This document shows positions 1 to 10,314 of a stretch of DNA of 64,000 nt, piece after piece. How positions within the stretch are numbered: position 1 is the stretch's first letter; each line of letters opens with the position of its first letter. The stretch is taken from contig OX597823.1 in the NCBI GenBank assembly GCA_951406725.2, positions 2,542,001 through 2,606,000 on the forward strand. The letters are read 5' to 3'. The notes under the pieces are model-generated. The model was not told the origin of the DNA and did not search any database. It saw only the letters and a list, made by a program, of their open reading frames with translations. This DNA comes from Octopus vulgaris. Lineage: Eukaryota. The translations under genes were made by a program, and so were the position numbers.

Positions 1-1
1 G

Positions 2-289
2 GATGTGGTGTGGATGGTTACCAACCCAGTCTTCAATGAATTGGACCTTCCATTTTTGTGCATTGATGGAAGGGCTGACACCTTGTGCATTGAGTAGAAA
101 TGTGGAAGTTAGTGTAGTGGCTGGTTTTGACTGTTGCAGGGGGCTTGGATTTTTTGTGTGTGTTAGTGGCAGCAATGTGGGGAATTGGTGCACTGGGGTA
201 ATAGCATAGGATGGTGTTGAGTGATGGCTAGAATATTTTTGTGTATCTCTTTTGCCATGTTCAACATGGCTAAAAAAGAATTTTCCTGC
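2..289 (-). CDS. LINE A1 ORF2 N-terminus (start of APE endonuclease), partial, no AUG
   Basis: Manual translation: the frame is open from a TAA at 290-292 to the window edge, contains no ATG, and is homologous to the A3 ORF2 start. Confidence 0.8.
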
Positions 290-1395
290 TTAGGGAGAAG
301 TTTTTGGCTGGAGGTGTGGTTGCACTGTTGAATGGGGTTGTAGTTTCCACTTTTGTTGTTGTTGTTTTTGTGTCTTCCTGAAAAGACTGGACCAACATTA
401 CTGCAGCATGGTGTGTTTCTATTTTTATTTTTATTCAGGTTTGTGTGTTGGCTTGAAGCCCCGTTTCTGTTTGTGCGTCGGGTCCCTGGAAGATGAGTGA
501 AGGGACAGTCACTCAGCAGACATGTTCTCTCACGTTGGGAATACCGGCAGATTTTGGGACTACGAGTCGTGTGTGTTTTGAATTTCGATTTACTATTTGG
601 TGGTGTTGATGTAATTGTGGGATGCGTGCTTTGGCCTTGGCCGGTAGTGCGTCTAGTGCCGGGTAGATGCGTGAAGATGCAGTCACTATTTGTGCAGAGT
701 CTCTGGCGCAGTGAATAGCGGCATATTTTGGGGTTTCTTGTTTGTGCCGTGGGGGGCGCATTCTGCTTCCTATGTTTCTTTAAGTTTTTGTTACTGCAGT
801 AGTATTGAGGTGGTGATGTGGGGAAAGAGAGCAGTGGTTTCTTATTTGTTTTTTTGTTGGTATTTTTGGTGATAGAAGACGATGGTGGCAGCGGTGGTGA
901 TGATGATGATGATAATTGTGGTGGTTGCCGTGAGAGCGGTGAAAAGATACTGGCATTTAGTGAATCATCTAGTATGCTAGAGTTGAGGAGTGGCTGTTGT
1001 TGTTCTTGTTGCTGTGGCTGTTGTTGTTGTTGTTGTGCTTGACCGATGTTAGGGTCAGCCATTGTGCTCGGAACCAGGAGTAGTTCATTCTGTTGTTGTT
1101 GTTGTTGTTGTGGCTGCTGATTTTCTAGCTGTTGCTGTTCTTGAACAGTGAAAATATAAAGAAGCTTTTCAAAATGGCCTTTTGTCAGTTTGAAAGATAC
1201 TTCGATATGTTTCAGTTTGCTACGAATCTGTTTGACGGATCGTGTGTTGATCACTTGTGATGTTTTTTCGGCAATCTCATTCAAACACAAAACATTTAAA
1301 TTTTCTGTTTGGGAAAGAGAGAACCAAGTGTTTATTAAAACATCAATTTCATTATCAGACCAATTTCGTCTGTTGCAGGCCTGCAAGCTAGTCAT
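163..1395 (-). CDS. LINE ORF1 (410 aa): Myb/SANT-like N-terminus, Q-rich linker, two CCCH zinc fingers
   Basis: RNWSDNEIDVLINTW...IA...RSVKQIRSKLK resembles a trihelix/Myb-SANT domain. CRYSLRQRLCTNSDCIFTH and CRYSQRERTCLLSDCPFTH are CCCH motifs. Lies directly upstream of ORF2. Confidence 0.8.
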   Translation of the reverse strand: MTSLQACNRRNWSDNEIDVLINTWFSLSQTENLNVLCLNEIAEKTSQVINTRSVKQIRSKLKHIEVSFKLTKGHFEKLLYIFTVQEQQQLENQQPQQQQQQQNELLLVPSTMADPNIGQAQQQQQQPQQQEQQQPLLNSSILDDSLNASIFSPLSRQPPQLSSSSSPPLPPSSSITKNTNKKTNKKPLLSFPTSPPQYYCSNKNLKKHRKQNAPPTAQTRNPKICRYSLRQRLCTNSDCIFTHLPGTRRTTGQGQSTHPTITSTPPNSKSKFKTHTTRSPKICRYSQRERTCLLSDCPFTHLPGTRRTNRNGASSQHTNLNKNKNRNTPCCSNVGPVFSGRHKNNNNKSGNYNPIQQCNHTSSQKLLPKQENSFLAMLNMAKEIHKNILAITQHHPMLLPQCTNSPHCCH

Positions 1396-1737
1396 GTTTG
1401 TTTTTCTTTTGATTTTTGATATATATATATATTCTTTCTTGGGAGTTAAAGAAGTGTATCAATATATAAATGTTCTCTCTTAAGGGTGTGAGTTATTGAT
1501 TATTTGGTTGTTTGAGGATATTAAAAGAAAAACAAGTGTATATAACAATTTGTAGTTAAATAAAAACGTACTTACGGGTTTGTAGGCAAACACGTGGTTA
1601 CAAATATATATATATCTAAGGTCAGTTAAGTTTTGAAGCTGTGTAGCTTGCTACTGACTTGGGAGAGAAACAAATAGACGTCCATCCAGTTCAACAGAGG
1701 CACTACATATATATGTATATATATATATGTATATATA

Positions 1738-2480
1738 AAAACTTAGATAAAACTTAGATATGTTTCGACCAGAGATTGGTCCAGGCCATGTCTAACTTAA
1801 TAGCACCACCTGATAGGATTATTCGAATCCTGTTTAAGTCAAGTTTTGTTCAAGTAGTGAGTTCTTGTTGGGTGAGTTGTATCCAGTTTTGTTCAAGTAG
1901 TGTGTTCTTGTTGGGTGAGTTGTATACAATTATGGGTGGCTTATCTGGTATTCTTTGAAGGAATCTATCCAGACTCTGTTTGAAGTTGATGGGATCCTTT
2001 TCCTCTTTGATCTCCCTCGGGACAATGTTAAATAGGGCAGGGCCTGTTGAGAAAAAGAAATTATGTTGCAGTGTACATGTATGTTGTGATCTTGAGTTTG
2101 GCAGGGGACGTATAGCCCGTGGTCCAAGTCTTGGATGAACCTTGAAGCTAATGTTTAGGTCGTTTGGGCAAAGTTGGCGGTATATTTTCCACATCGTACA
2201 ATGATGTACCGCTCACGGCGTCGCTGGAGGGAGTAAAGTTTCAAGGCTTTAAGGCGATCCCAATAATCGAGAGCAGCCATGCCTTCAATTTGGTTAGTGA
2301 GAGCCCTCTGGGGTGACTCAATTCTGGAGATGTTTTGTCTTGTGTGAGGAGACTACAGTGGGCAGCAGTATTCAAGGTGTGGCTGTACAAAGGAGGAAAA
2401 AAGTGGTATGATGACACCTTGTTCTCTGGACCGGAAAGTTCTTAAGATCCAGGAACTCATCCTACGGGCTATATCGACCT
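1738..2480 (-). mobile_element. LINE family A, 5'-truncated 3' fragment (A2)
   Basis: Nearly identical to 32660-33405 ([24 protein letters not shown]). Ends in a (TATCTAAGTT) tail, has (TA)n on both sides, and contains a stop and a frameshift. Confidence 0.92.
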
Positions 2481-2487
2481 TATATAC

Positions 2488-2563
<76 letters not shown>

Positions 2564-2796
2564 CCGGGGGGGGAGTGTTTGTCTATCTGTCTCTGTTTAT
2601 CTCCACCTCTCATCGATTGATAACTGAAGCTGATGTGTTTACATCCCTGTCACGTAGCGGTTCGCCAAAAGAATCTGCTGGAATAAGTACTATGCTTACC
2701 AAGAATAAGTCTTGGCGTCGATTTGTTCGCCTATGTGCGGTGCCTCAGCATGGCCGTAGTCAAGTTACTGAGAAAAGTAAAAGAATAAAAGAATAT

Positions 2797-2864
<68 letters not shown>

Positions 2865-4571
2865 TTGTATTTCTGTCTGTGTGTTTGTCCCCCACCTTCA
2901 CTTCAGAACCGGTGTTGGTGTTTCTACCTCCCCGTAAATTAGCGGTTCGGCTAAACAGATCGAGAGAATAAGAACTAGGCCTACAGAGAATAAGTTCTGG
3001 CTTCTATTTCTTCGTCTAAAAGCAGTGCTCCTGCATGGCCGCAGTCCGTGATTGTAATAACTGAAACACATAAAAAGATTACACACACACACACACACAC
3101 ACAATGGCGTCATTGTTACTGAAATCTTTATATTGATAAACATGTAAGGAATGTGTGCATGCACACACCCACATGCAATGGCTTCGTTGTTACGGAGATC
3201 TTTATATTGATAAATCTAATGATCTCGTTGCATTTGCAAACATTATAGCTTTCACTAATCAGGAAGGCTAAACTCTGGAGCTTGACGTTCTGATTGGACC
3301 AAGTGGTGTCCTGGTTGTGCATCAATCATCAGGTTTAAATTTTATTCATGCTTTATTATTTTTGTTTGTTTGTTACTTTGGTCTAAGTGTTTTTCAAATC
3401 TGGGCTTCGTTTCCGGCCTAGGGTTATACAATTTCTGCATATTTTCTTTATGAAACTTTACTGCTTTTATTCTTTCCTTTTTTCTTTTTTCTCTTTCGTT
3501 TTGCTCTCTTCTGTTTTCTATTTTTTTCTTTTTAAGTCTCTTATTCTCTTTGTTTTTTGTCTTTTTGTTTTTTTTTGTTTTTACCTGACACACACTTAAC
3601 CGGTTGAATGGAACTTCTCACAGCATCTTCCGTTTCACTTTCCGTACCAACTTTCATTCCTGCAATTTATACTATTTCCAGATTAACGTTCTGCTAGAAA
3701 ACAAAGACGAATTCTCAGAAATTCATTGTCTTCAGCTCCCTATCTTCTCAGATTCTCACACATAAACTGCACTGAACTTTATATATTTTTCATTGGCTTT
3801 CGTAATTTTATTCACAGTTCTTATTCACATGAAACCTCTTATGATTCTACCAATAAATATTTATGAAAACCCCTTTTTCGTAACGGATGGTTTCGGTCAG
3901 CTAAATGTCGTAATCTCTCCGTTTTGTAATCAAATAGAGGAGATTCAATTCAAGGGAGACATGTTTAAGTTACAAATATTCTTCACTTGCAAATTGTTGC
4001 ATGGAATCCCTTCTCGATGACGCGTACCCTAAAACGCATGGATTAAATCAACTCTTCCGTCTTCTTCACTAAGCCTTTCACATAACTAAATCTTTCTTGG
4101 TGGAATTTGAATATTTAAACTGAATATAGGACTAGATATTCATATGAGACGCTTGATAGCTTTCCTCTTTGTAGACAGCGTTGTATAATTAACGAGCGGA
4201 GAATAACTCGGACAATACTCCATTCCGTGTGTCCTCCTCTCGTAATAGAAGCGTCGGGTGGCTGTCATGATACACGGATAGTCTTGGACATTCAAACCAT
4301 GCTGGTTCTCGTGTTTCGCGAGCTCTGACAGAAACAGAATCCTTGCAGTGAGGAAGAAAAGGAGGCAGAGAGATGTGAATCGGCACAAAGAAGGGAATTA
4401 GTAATTTATCGATAATGAAACAGCGAAAGGCATAAGTGGCCTGAGAGATGAGATTCGGACAAGAATGTAGAGAAAAGGAAAGACTACACAAGAAATTCTG
4501 TTGCATGCCAATCCGATGCCAATGTTTGCTAATAGTAATGGTGCAGTGGAACATAACATATATAGCAGGGT

Positions 4572-4691
4572 CACTAGCATAGCTGGCGTAGGGCGGTAGG
4601 TGTGGTCCGCCAGGGCGGCACTTTTAAAGGGGTCTGGATGCGGCAAACGTAGGGGCCACCCCGGGCGGCACACATTCTAGTTCCGTTAGTG
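4572..4691. mobile_element. 120-bp hAT-type MITE (also 16755-16874, 30763-30882, 44009-44128; truncated at 24169-24282)
   Basis: GC-rich island with imperfect TIRs CACTAGCATAGCTGG / CTAG(C/T)TCCGTTAGTG. Flanked by AGCAGGGT and AGCACGGT, a 7/8 match for an 8-bp TSD. Confidence 0.7.
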
Positions 4692-5142
4692 AGCACGGTG
4701 TATACATTTCATTTATATAATAGTAATGGAAGCACTTTAGTGTAGAAAGTAATCCGTGCTCCGTGTGGCAGAACTGATCCTAATAAAGCGGTAATTACGA
4801 AAGATCTGTATTTCTAGGAACAATGGAGGCAGTTCTGAGAAACTGGCTCCGAAATATCGTTTGCCGTGTGTTGGGAGAAACTGTTGGAAAGTTTCGACTC
4901 ACTCGCATAGGAAATAATTTATGTGAGAGAAGCGCAACTATTTGTATAGACATAAAAATCAATAATAATTTATAAGCTAGGCAAAGAATGCCTACAGAAA
5001 TAAACACACATGGGGAGCGCCCTGTATCGAGCCTCTTTATGTTGAAGCATCTGCAGACGTATGACAAGTGGTGAAACATCATTTCACTATGGCAATATGA
5101 AATGGAAATATTTATCGACCTCCTACACACACACAGAAGTAA

Positions 5143-7322
5143 GACTCATGCTCTCAGGAACGACTCATTGCAAACAAACACAGGTGGAGTCACCTGCTCT
5201 ACCTCACCAATGCACTAGTCATGGAAAAAGTTGTACTCAGACCAACTAGGGAGAATAACATTTTGGATCTCTGCTTCACAAACAATATAGACATCATTCA
5301 TGATGTGAAAGTAACGCCGACATTAGTCTCGGATCACAACATAATAGAGCTTTCTATGTTTGGGCCGAAAGTAGCCAGAGGCATACAGCCAAAAGGAAGC
5401 ACCCGAAATCTCTCCAATCGGAACTTCCACAAAGTAGACTGGAAACCGATCCAAAAAGAGATCCGCAGACAGGACTGTCCGAAATATCTCTCCACACCAG
5501 ACATTGGCATGAAACTAGAATATTTCATGTCTGTTATGCAAGCCATATGCCAGAAATATGTTCCAGAGCACAAGGCCACAACAAATTGGAACAAGATTCC
5601 AAAGGAGAGGAAGATTCTCATGATATGACGGACGAAGGTTGCAAATCGCCTCAACCAACATGCCAAAAGTAGTGAAAGGTCCCGCCTAAAAACAACACTG
5701 ATGTAGATTGGATAAAGATTGCAACAATTTTATGAGAGGGAGAGAGTAGACAAAGAAGCCTGGGTTAGTAAAAACATTAGTAAAAACAGAGCTTTCTTGC
5801 AAATGGCAGACTGCCAAGCAAGCTGAAGGAGGGAATAATATGCCCAATCAATAAAGGAAGCAGAGCAGATGCCAAAACCATAGGCATATCTCTCTGACTT
5901 CACACATCAGCAAAGTCAAGGAACAGATCGTCAGAGGGAAACCAATTGCATACCTTGAAGAAAATGATTTGTTGAGTGATACCCAGCATGACTTTCGAAC
6001 AGGTAGGAGCTGCCTGACCCAGCTCTTACAACATTATGACTTGGTGTTGAGGCAGTTACTCAACAACTCAAATGTGGACGTAACATACCTTGATGTCGCA
6101 AAAGCTGTTGATTAGGGTATGATATGCAACAAACTGCGATTTCTCGGCGTAGCAGGAAAACTTGTTGTGTGGTTACATGACTTTCTGAAAGATAGAAGTC
6201 AGGAAGTAGTGGCCAATAGCGCCTCCTCAACGAAAACACAAATAGTGAGCGGTGTTCCACAGGGCACTGTCTTGGCACCGCTGCTTTTCATAGTGGCCCT
6301 CTTAGATATGCCCTCAACTGCCCGGATAGCTACCCTTGCAAGGTACGCAGACGATACGAATGTCTCGTAGAAAATACAGAAGCCCAGCAATGTTGCACAC
6401 CTGCAGCAGGAGATGACCTCAATTTACAGATGGGCTGAGGATAATAATATGCAGTTAAATGCTGAAAAATTCCAAGCCCTGCGCCACCAGCATCCAAAAC
6501 TGAATATGAAACTTACAGGGTACACTGGTCCACAGGGAATTTTAATCCCAGAGCCTAAGTCAATGAAGGACCTGGGTATCGACATGCGTGATGATACCGC
6601 TTTTCAAGTGCACATTACCAGGATGGTGACAAAGTGCAGACGACAAACTCGATGGATCCTGAGAATATTCAGAACGAGCGAGAAGGAAACCACGATGGTC
6701 CTCTGGAGGACATTCTTCTCCAGCTGCATGGATTCCTGCTTCCAGCTATGGTCACCCAACAGTGTAAAATTAACAGCGGACCTTGAAGCAATCCAGCGAA
6801 GCTTCACAAAGAAGATCGTCTCATTGCAACAGCTCAGCTAATTGGAAAGGCTGCAACAGCTAAGACTCTACTCCCTGAAGCTAAGGCGGGAGAGGTATGC
6901 AGTAATATATACATCTGGAAGATCCTGGAAGGAATTGTGCCAAATTTTGACATTGGAAGCTACATCAATGCAAGGAACGGGTCGACACCGCACACTGCCA
7001 AATATCCCAGCAATGCCATCGAGCTTCAGGACCAGTTACTGCAACAACCTGTGTTTCGGGGGCCCACATCTTGTTTAATATTCTCCCAAAGAACCTGAGG
7101 AATCTGCACAAAGTAGATGTAGGCGTTTTTCAATCAAAGCTGGACGTCTTCCTGTCGAGAGTCCCAAATGAACGTACCTCAAGGCAAGAGGTGCAAATAA
7201 GGGTAGCTATATCAAACTCCATTCTAAACCAAGTGGCATATATTAGAGGAGGATCTCAGTAATCAGTGTAGCAAAACAGCGGTGCTCCAACATGGCCACA
7301 GCAATGAGCTGAAATTATAAAA
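5143..7322 (+). pseudogene. Decayed 5'-truncated LINE D (sister of family B), EN-RT relic
   Basis: LDLCFTNN, SDH, VPQGTVL and YADD are split by stops and frameshifts. Has a ~375-bp internal deletion near 5785 relative to copy 2. Confidence 0.92.
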
Positions 7323-7327
7323 ATGTA

Positions 7328-7381
<54 letters not shown>

Positions 7382-7382
7382 A

Positions 7383-7722
7383 AAGCGCATGGCTCAGTGG
7401 TTAGAGCGTCGAGCTTACGATCGTGAGGTTGTGAGCTTGAATCTCGGACCGGGCTGCGTGTTGTGTTCTTGAGCAAGGCACTTTATTTCACGTTGCTCCA
7501 GTTCACTCAGCTGTAGAAATGAGTTGCGACGTCACTGGTGCCAAGCTGTATCGACCTTTGTCTTTCCCTTGGATAACATTGGTGGCGTGGAGAGGGGAGG
7601 CTGGTATGCATGGGCGACTGCTGGTCTTCCGTAAACAACCTTGCCCGGACTTGTGTCTAGGAGGGCAACAGTCTAGGTGCAATCCCATGGTCATTCATGA
7701 ACGAAGGGGGTCTTTACCCCTT
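7383..7722 (+). mobile_element. tRNA-derived SINE (copies at ~19916-20215 and ~26555-26895)
   Basis: A-box TGGCTCAGTGG and B-box-like GCTCGAATCC (in copies 2 and 3), followed by a non-tRNA body. Embedded in (TA)n. Confidence 0.75.
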
Positions 7723-7723
7723 T

Positions 7724-7809
<86 letters not shown>

Positions 7810-7857
7810 GTATATACATATATATATATATGTATATACATATATATATGTATATAC

Positions 7858-7909
<52 letters not shown>

Positions 7910-7910
7910 G

Positions 7911-7970
<60 letters not shown>

Positions 7971-8467
7971 AGGTTAATCCAAACGAGAAAACCGAAAAAG
8001 ACAACAACACAAAGAGGTGGAACAATTAAAGTTATATATATATATATATGTATATACATACATACATATATATATGTATATATATATATACATATGTGAT
8101 AAAAAAAACAAGACGGTTTGCATGATTCGACGAATTAATAGGCGAAAACTCATAAAAAACGTAGAAATTGTTACCTTATAGACGTGTACTTGGATATTTT
8201 GGTTAAAAACCGCAATATATTCTGCTACAAGTCAAGTTTGTACACTTGAGTTCAACAACGCACGCCAGATTTTCCTCTTTCGAAATTAGCACGTGGTGAA
8301 ATCTTCAAAATTTATTTCCAGTCGACTCTAACAGCAAAAAAGAACCGTTTTTCTTTTCTTTCATTGAAAAACCTATTCGTATACCTTCTATAAGATAAAT
8401 ACCCTTATTACATTAATTAATTTACCCGTAAATAAACGTAAGGTCTGTTTACATTCTGTAAAAATCA

Positions 8468-8790
8468 ATCTATCATTAATATACATATATATATATCGTC
8501 AATTCTATCGTTAATATATACATATATATATATATCGTTTATTTCTATCGTTAATTCTGTAATTCTATCGTAATAATCTATCGTTAATAAATATATATAT
8601 ATATATCGTAAATTCTATCGTTGATTCTGTAATTCTATCGTAGTAATCTATCGTTAATATATATATATATATATATCGTTAATTCTATCGTTAATTCTGT
8701 AATTCTATCGTAATAATCTATCGTTAATATACATATATATATCGTTTATTTCTATCGTTAATTCTGTAATTCTATCGTAATAATCTATCG

Positions 8791-8832
<42 letters not shown>

Positions 8833-9060
8833 ATCGTTGATTCTGTAATTCTATCGTAATAATCTATCGTTAATATATATATATATATATATCGTTAATT
8901 CTATCGTTAATTCTGTAATTCTATCGTAATAATCTATCGCTAATATACATATATATCGTAAATTCTATCGTTGATTCTGTAATTCTATCGTAGTAATCTA
9001 TCGTTAATATATATATATATATCGTTAATTCTCTCGTTAATTCTGTTTACATTCTGTTAA
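8468..9060 (+). repeat. Minisatellite in the LINE B 5' UTR
   Basis: About 8-9 units of TCTATCGTTAATTCTGTAATTCTATCGTAATAATCTATCGTTAAT(AT)n. Followed by 27-bp CT-rich repeats at ~9140-9215. Confidence 0.9.
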
Positions 9061-9423
9061 TTCCTTCTCTCTCTGTCTCTTCAGTTCTCTCCCTCACGCC
9101 TCTCCTTGTCTCTTCATTACTCTCTTCTTTCTTACTCTCCTCTTTCAGCTCTCAATCTCTCCTCTCTTCTTTCAGCTCTCAATCTCTCCTCTCTTCTTTC
9201 AGCTCTCAATCTCTCTTTAAGTACAGAGACGCTTTCTCTCTCTCCCTTCAGCTCTCAGTCTCTCCTCTTCCTCTTCTCTCTTACTCTCTTCTTTCGGCTC
9301 CCAATCTCTCCTTAAGTACATAGACGCTCTCTTTCTCTATTTCTTCCCTACACCCTATTGCACTATTAGATCAATATAAATTAATATAATCAGATAGATA
9401 GATAGATAGATAAAATATCAAGA

Positions 9424-10314
9424 ATGTCCAGGACTTGGAAAAGTGACGAACTGGCTTTGTTCCTGAGAGGATGGCAATGCACTGACGGAGAAAATCCAAA
9501 TAACATAATCACGGCTGCGCTGAAGAGCAGCGGATACAAAAGGACGTCAGCCCAAATAGAGCGAAAGAAGCAAGAATTTATACGCTCCTACGCACTTGTC
9601 AGATCGCACATTAACACGCTGGATGCCATCTTCGACAGCGAAAAACGCGAACAAAGTAAAGATGGCAAGGATGGAGACGCGGGCGCTGATGAAAAAGGTC
9701 ACCCCCACCTGGTAGACGCCCAGGAAGAAAACTCCAGTGAGAAACCTGCCCGGGAGGTAAACCCAAGTGCGGGTGCTCCTACCGGCACCAAAAGCCATGG
9801 ACATGGAGATGAAAGAACCAAAAAAGGAGGAAAAACTAAAACTAAAAATCAGGCAAAACCAAAAAACGAAACAGCCAAGGATAGAAGCAAACCTAACTAT
9901 CCGTATGCCAAAAAGGATGGAAACAAGCAGCGCACACGGGTATGTAGGTTCTACCTGAGAGGTGCCTGCCGGCATGGAGAGGATGGTGCAGGCTGCCGTT
10001 TTGCACATCCGGGACCCTGCCGCAGAAACCAACCACCGAAAGGAAAAGGGATGGACCACGCACCACCTGCCCCAAAACGGAGGTACGCAGATGTGGTGCG
10101 GGCCACAGACCGCCAACGTGTTGTTGAAAGGGCAGCTGCTGAACAAGAATCTTTTTTGTGCATGGCACAAAAGATTGTACAGCAGCTAACCTGGCTCCAT
10201 CAAACTCAAGCTCACAGATGGAACTACCCACAGTTCACAAGACCGCCACAGCAGATGGACCCAGGGTGGACACCACCGGCAACACCATACACCTCACCTC
10301 GATGCTCCTACTGA
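9424..10314 (+). CDS. LINE B ORF1 (296 aa): Myb/SANT-like N-terminus, basic linker, CCCH finger
   Basis: RTWKSDELALFLRGW...GYKRTSAQIERK; VCRFYLRGACRHGEDGAGCRFAH. ATG start; overlaps ORF2. Confidence 0.85.
   Translation: MSRTWKSDELALFLRGWQCTDGENPNNIITAALKSSGYKRTSAQIERKKQEFIRSYALVRSHINTLDAIFDSEKREQSKDGKDGDAGADEKGHPHLVDAQEENSSEKPAREVNPSAGAPTGTKSHGHGDERTKKGGKTKTKNQAKPKNETAKDRSKPNYPYAKKDGNKQRTRVCRFYLRGACRHGEDGAGCRFAHPGPCRRNQPPKGKGMDHAPPAPKRRYADVVRATDRQRVVERAAAEQESFLCMAQKIVQQLTWLHQTQAHRWNYPQFTRPPQQMDPGWTPPATPYTSPRCSY

Larger units (their letters stand above)
1..1704 (-). mobile_element. LINE family A, copy A1: 5' UTR, ORF1 and start of ORF2 (runs off the window start)
   Basis: ORF1 at 163-1395. 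The overlapping -1 frame reads PTLLPL...LTSTFLLNAQGVSPSINAQKWKVQFIEDW, matching the N-terminus of the 32789-35875 EN/RT ORF. The 5' end abuts a (TA)-rich tract at ~1705. Confidence 0.85.
2565..8095 (+). repeat. Composite repeat unit, copy 1 (SINE fragments, ~2 kb core with MITE, decayed LINE D, tRNA-derived SINE, (TA)n)
   Basis: The same sequence and order recur at 14730, 22221, 28821 and 42030. The ORF track shows near-identical peptides in each copy. Confidence 0.92.

Noticed and set aside
5180-5220. Hairpin CAGGTG-GAGT-CACCTG followed by CTAGT, resembling a Helitron 3' end for the repeat unit
   Set aside because: The stretch aligns with LINE B endonuclease sequence (~10805-10850), and CTAG is not kept in copy 2.
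7383-7460. tRNA gene
   Set aside because: No clean acceptor stem or terminator, and it runs into a SINE body; it is a SINE head.
8468-9060. CRISPR-like array
   Set aside because: The spacers are only variable (AT)n, the context is eukaryotic, and there are no cas genes.
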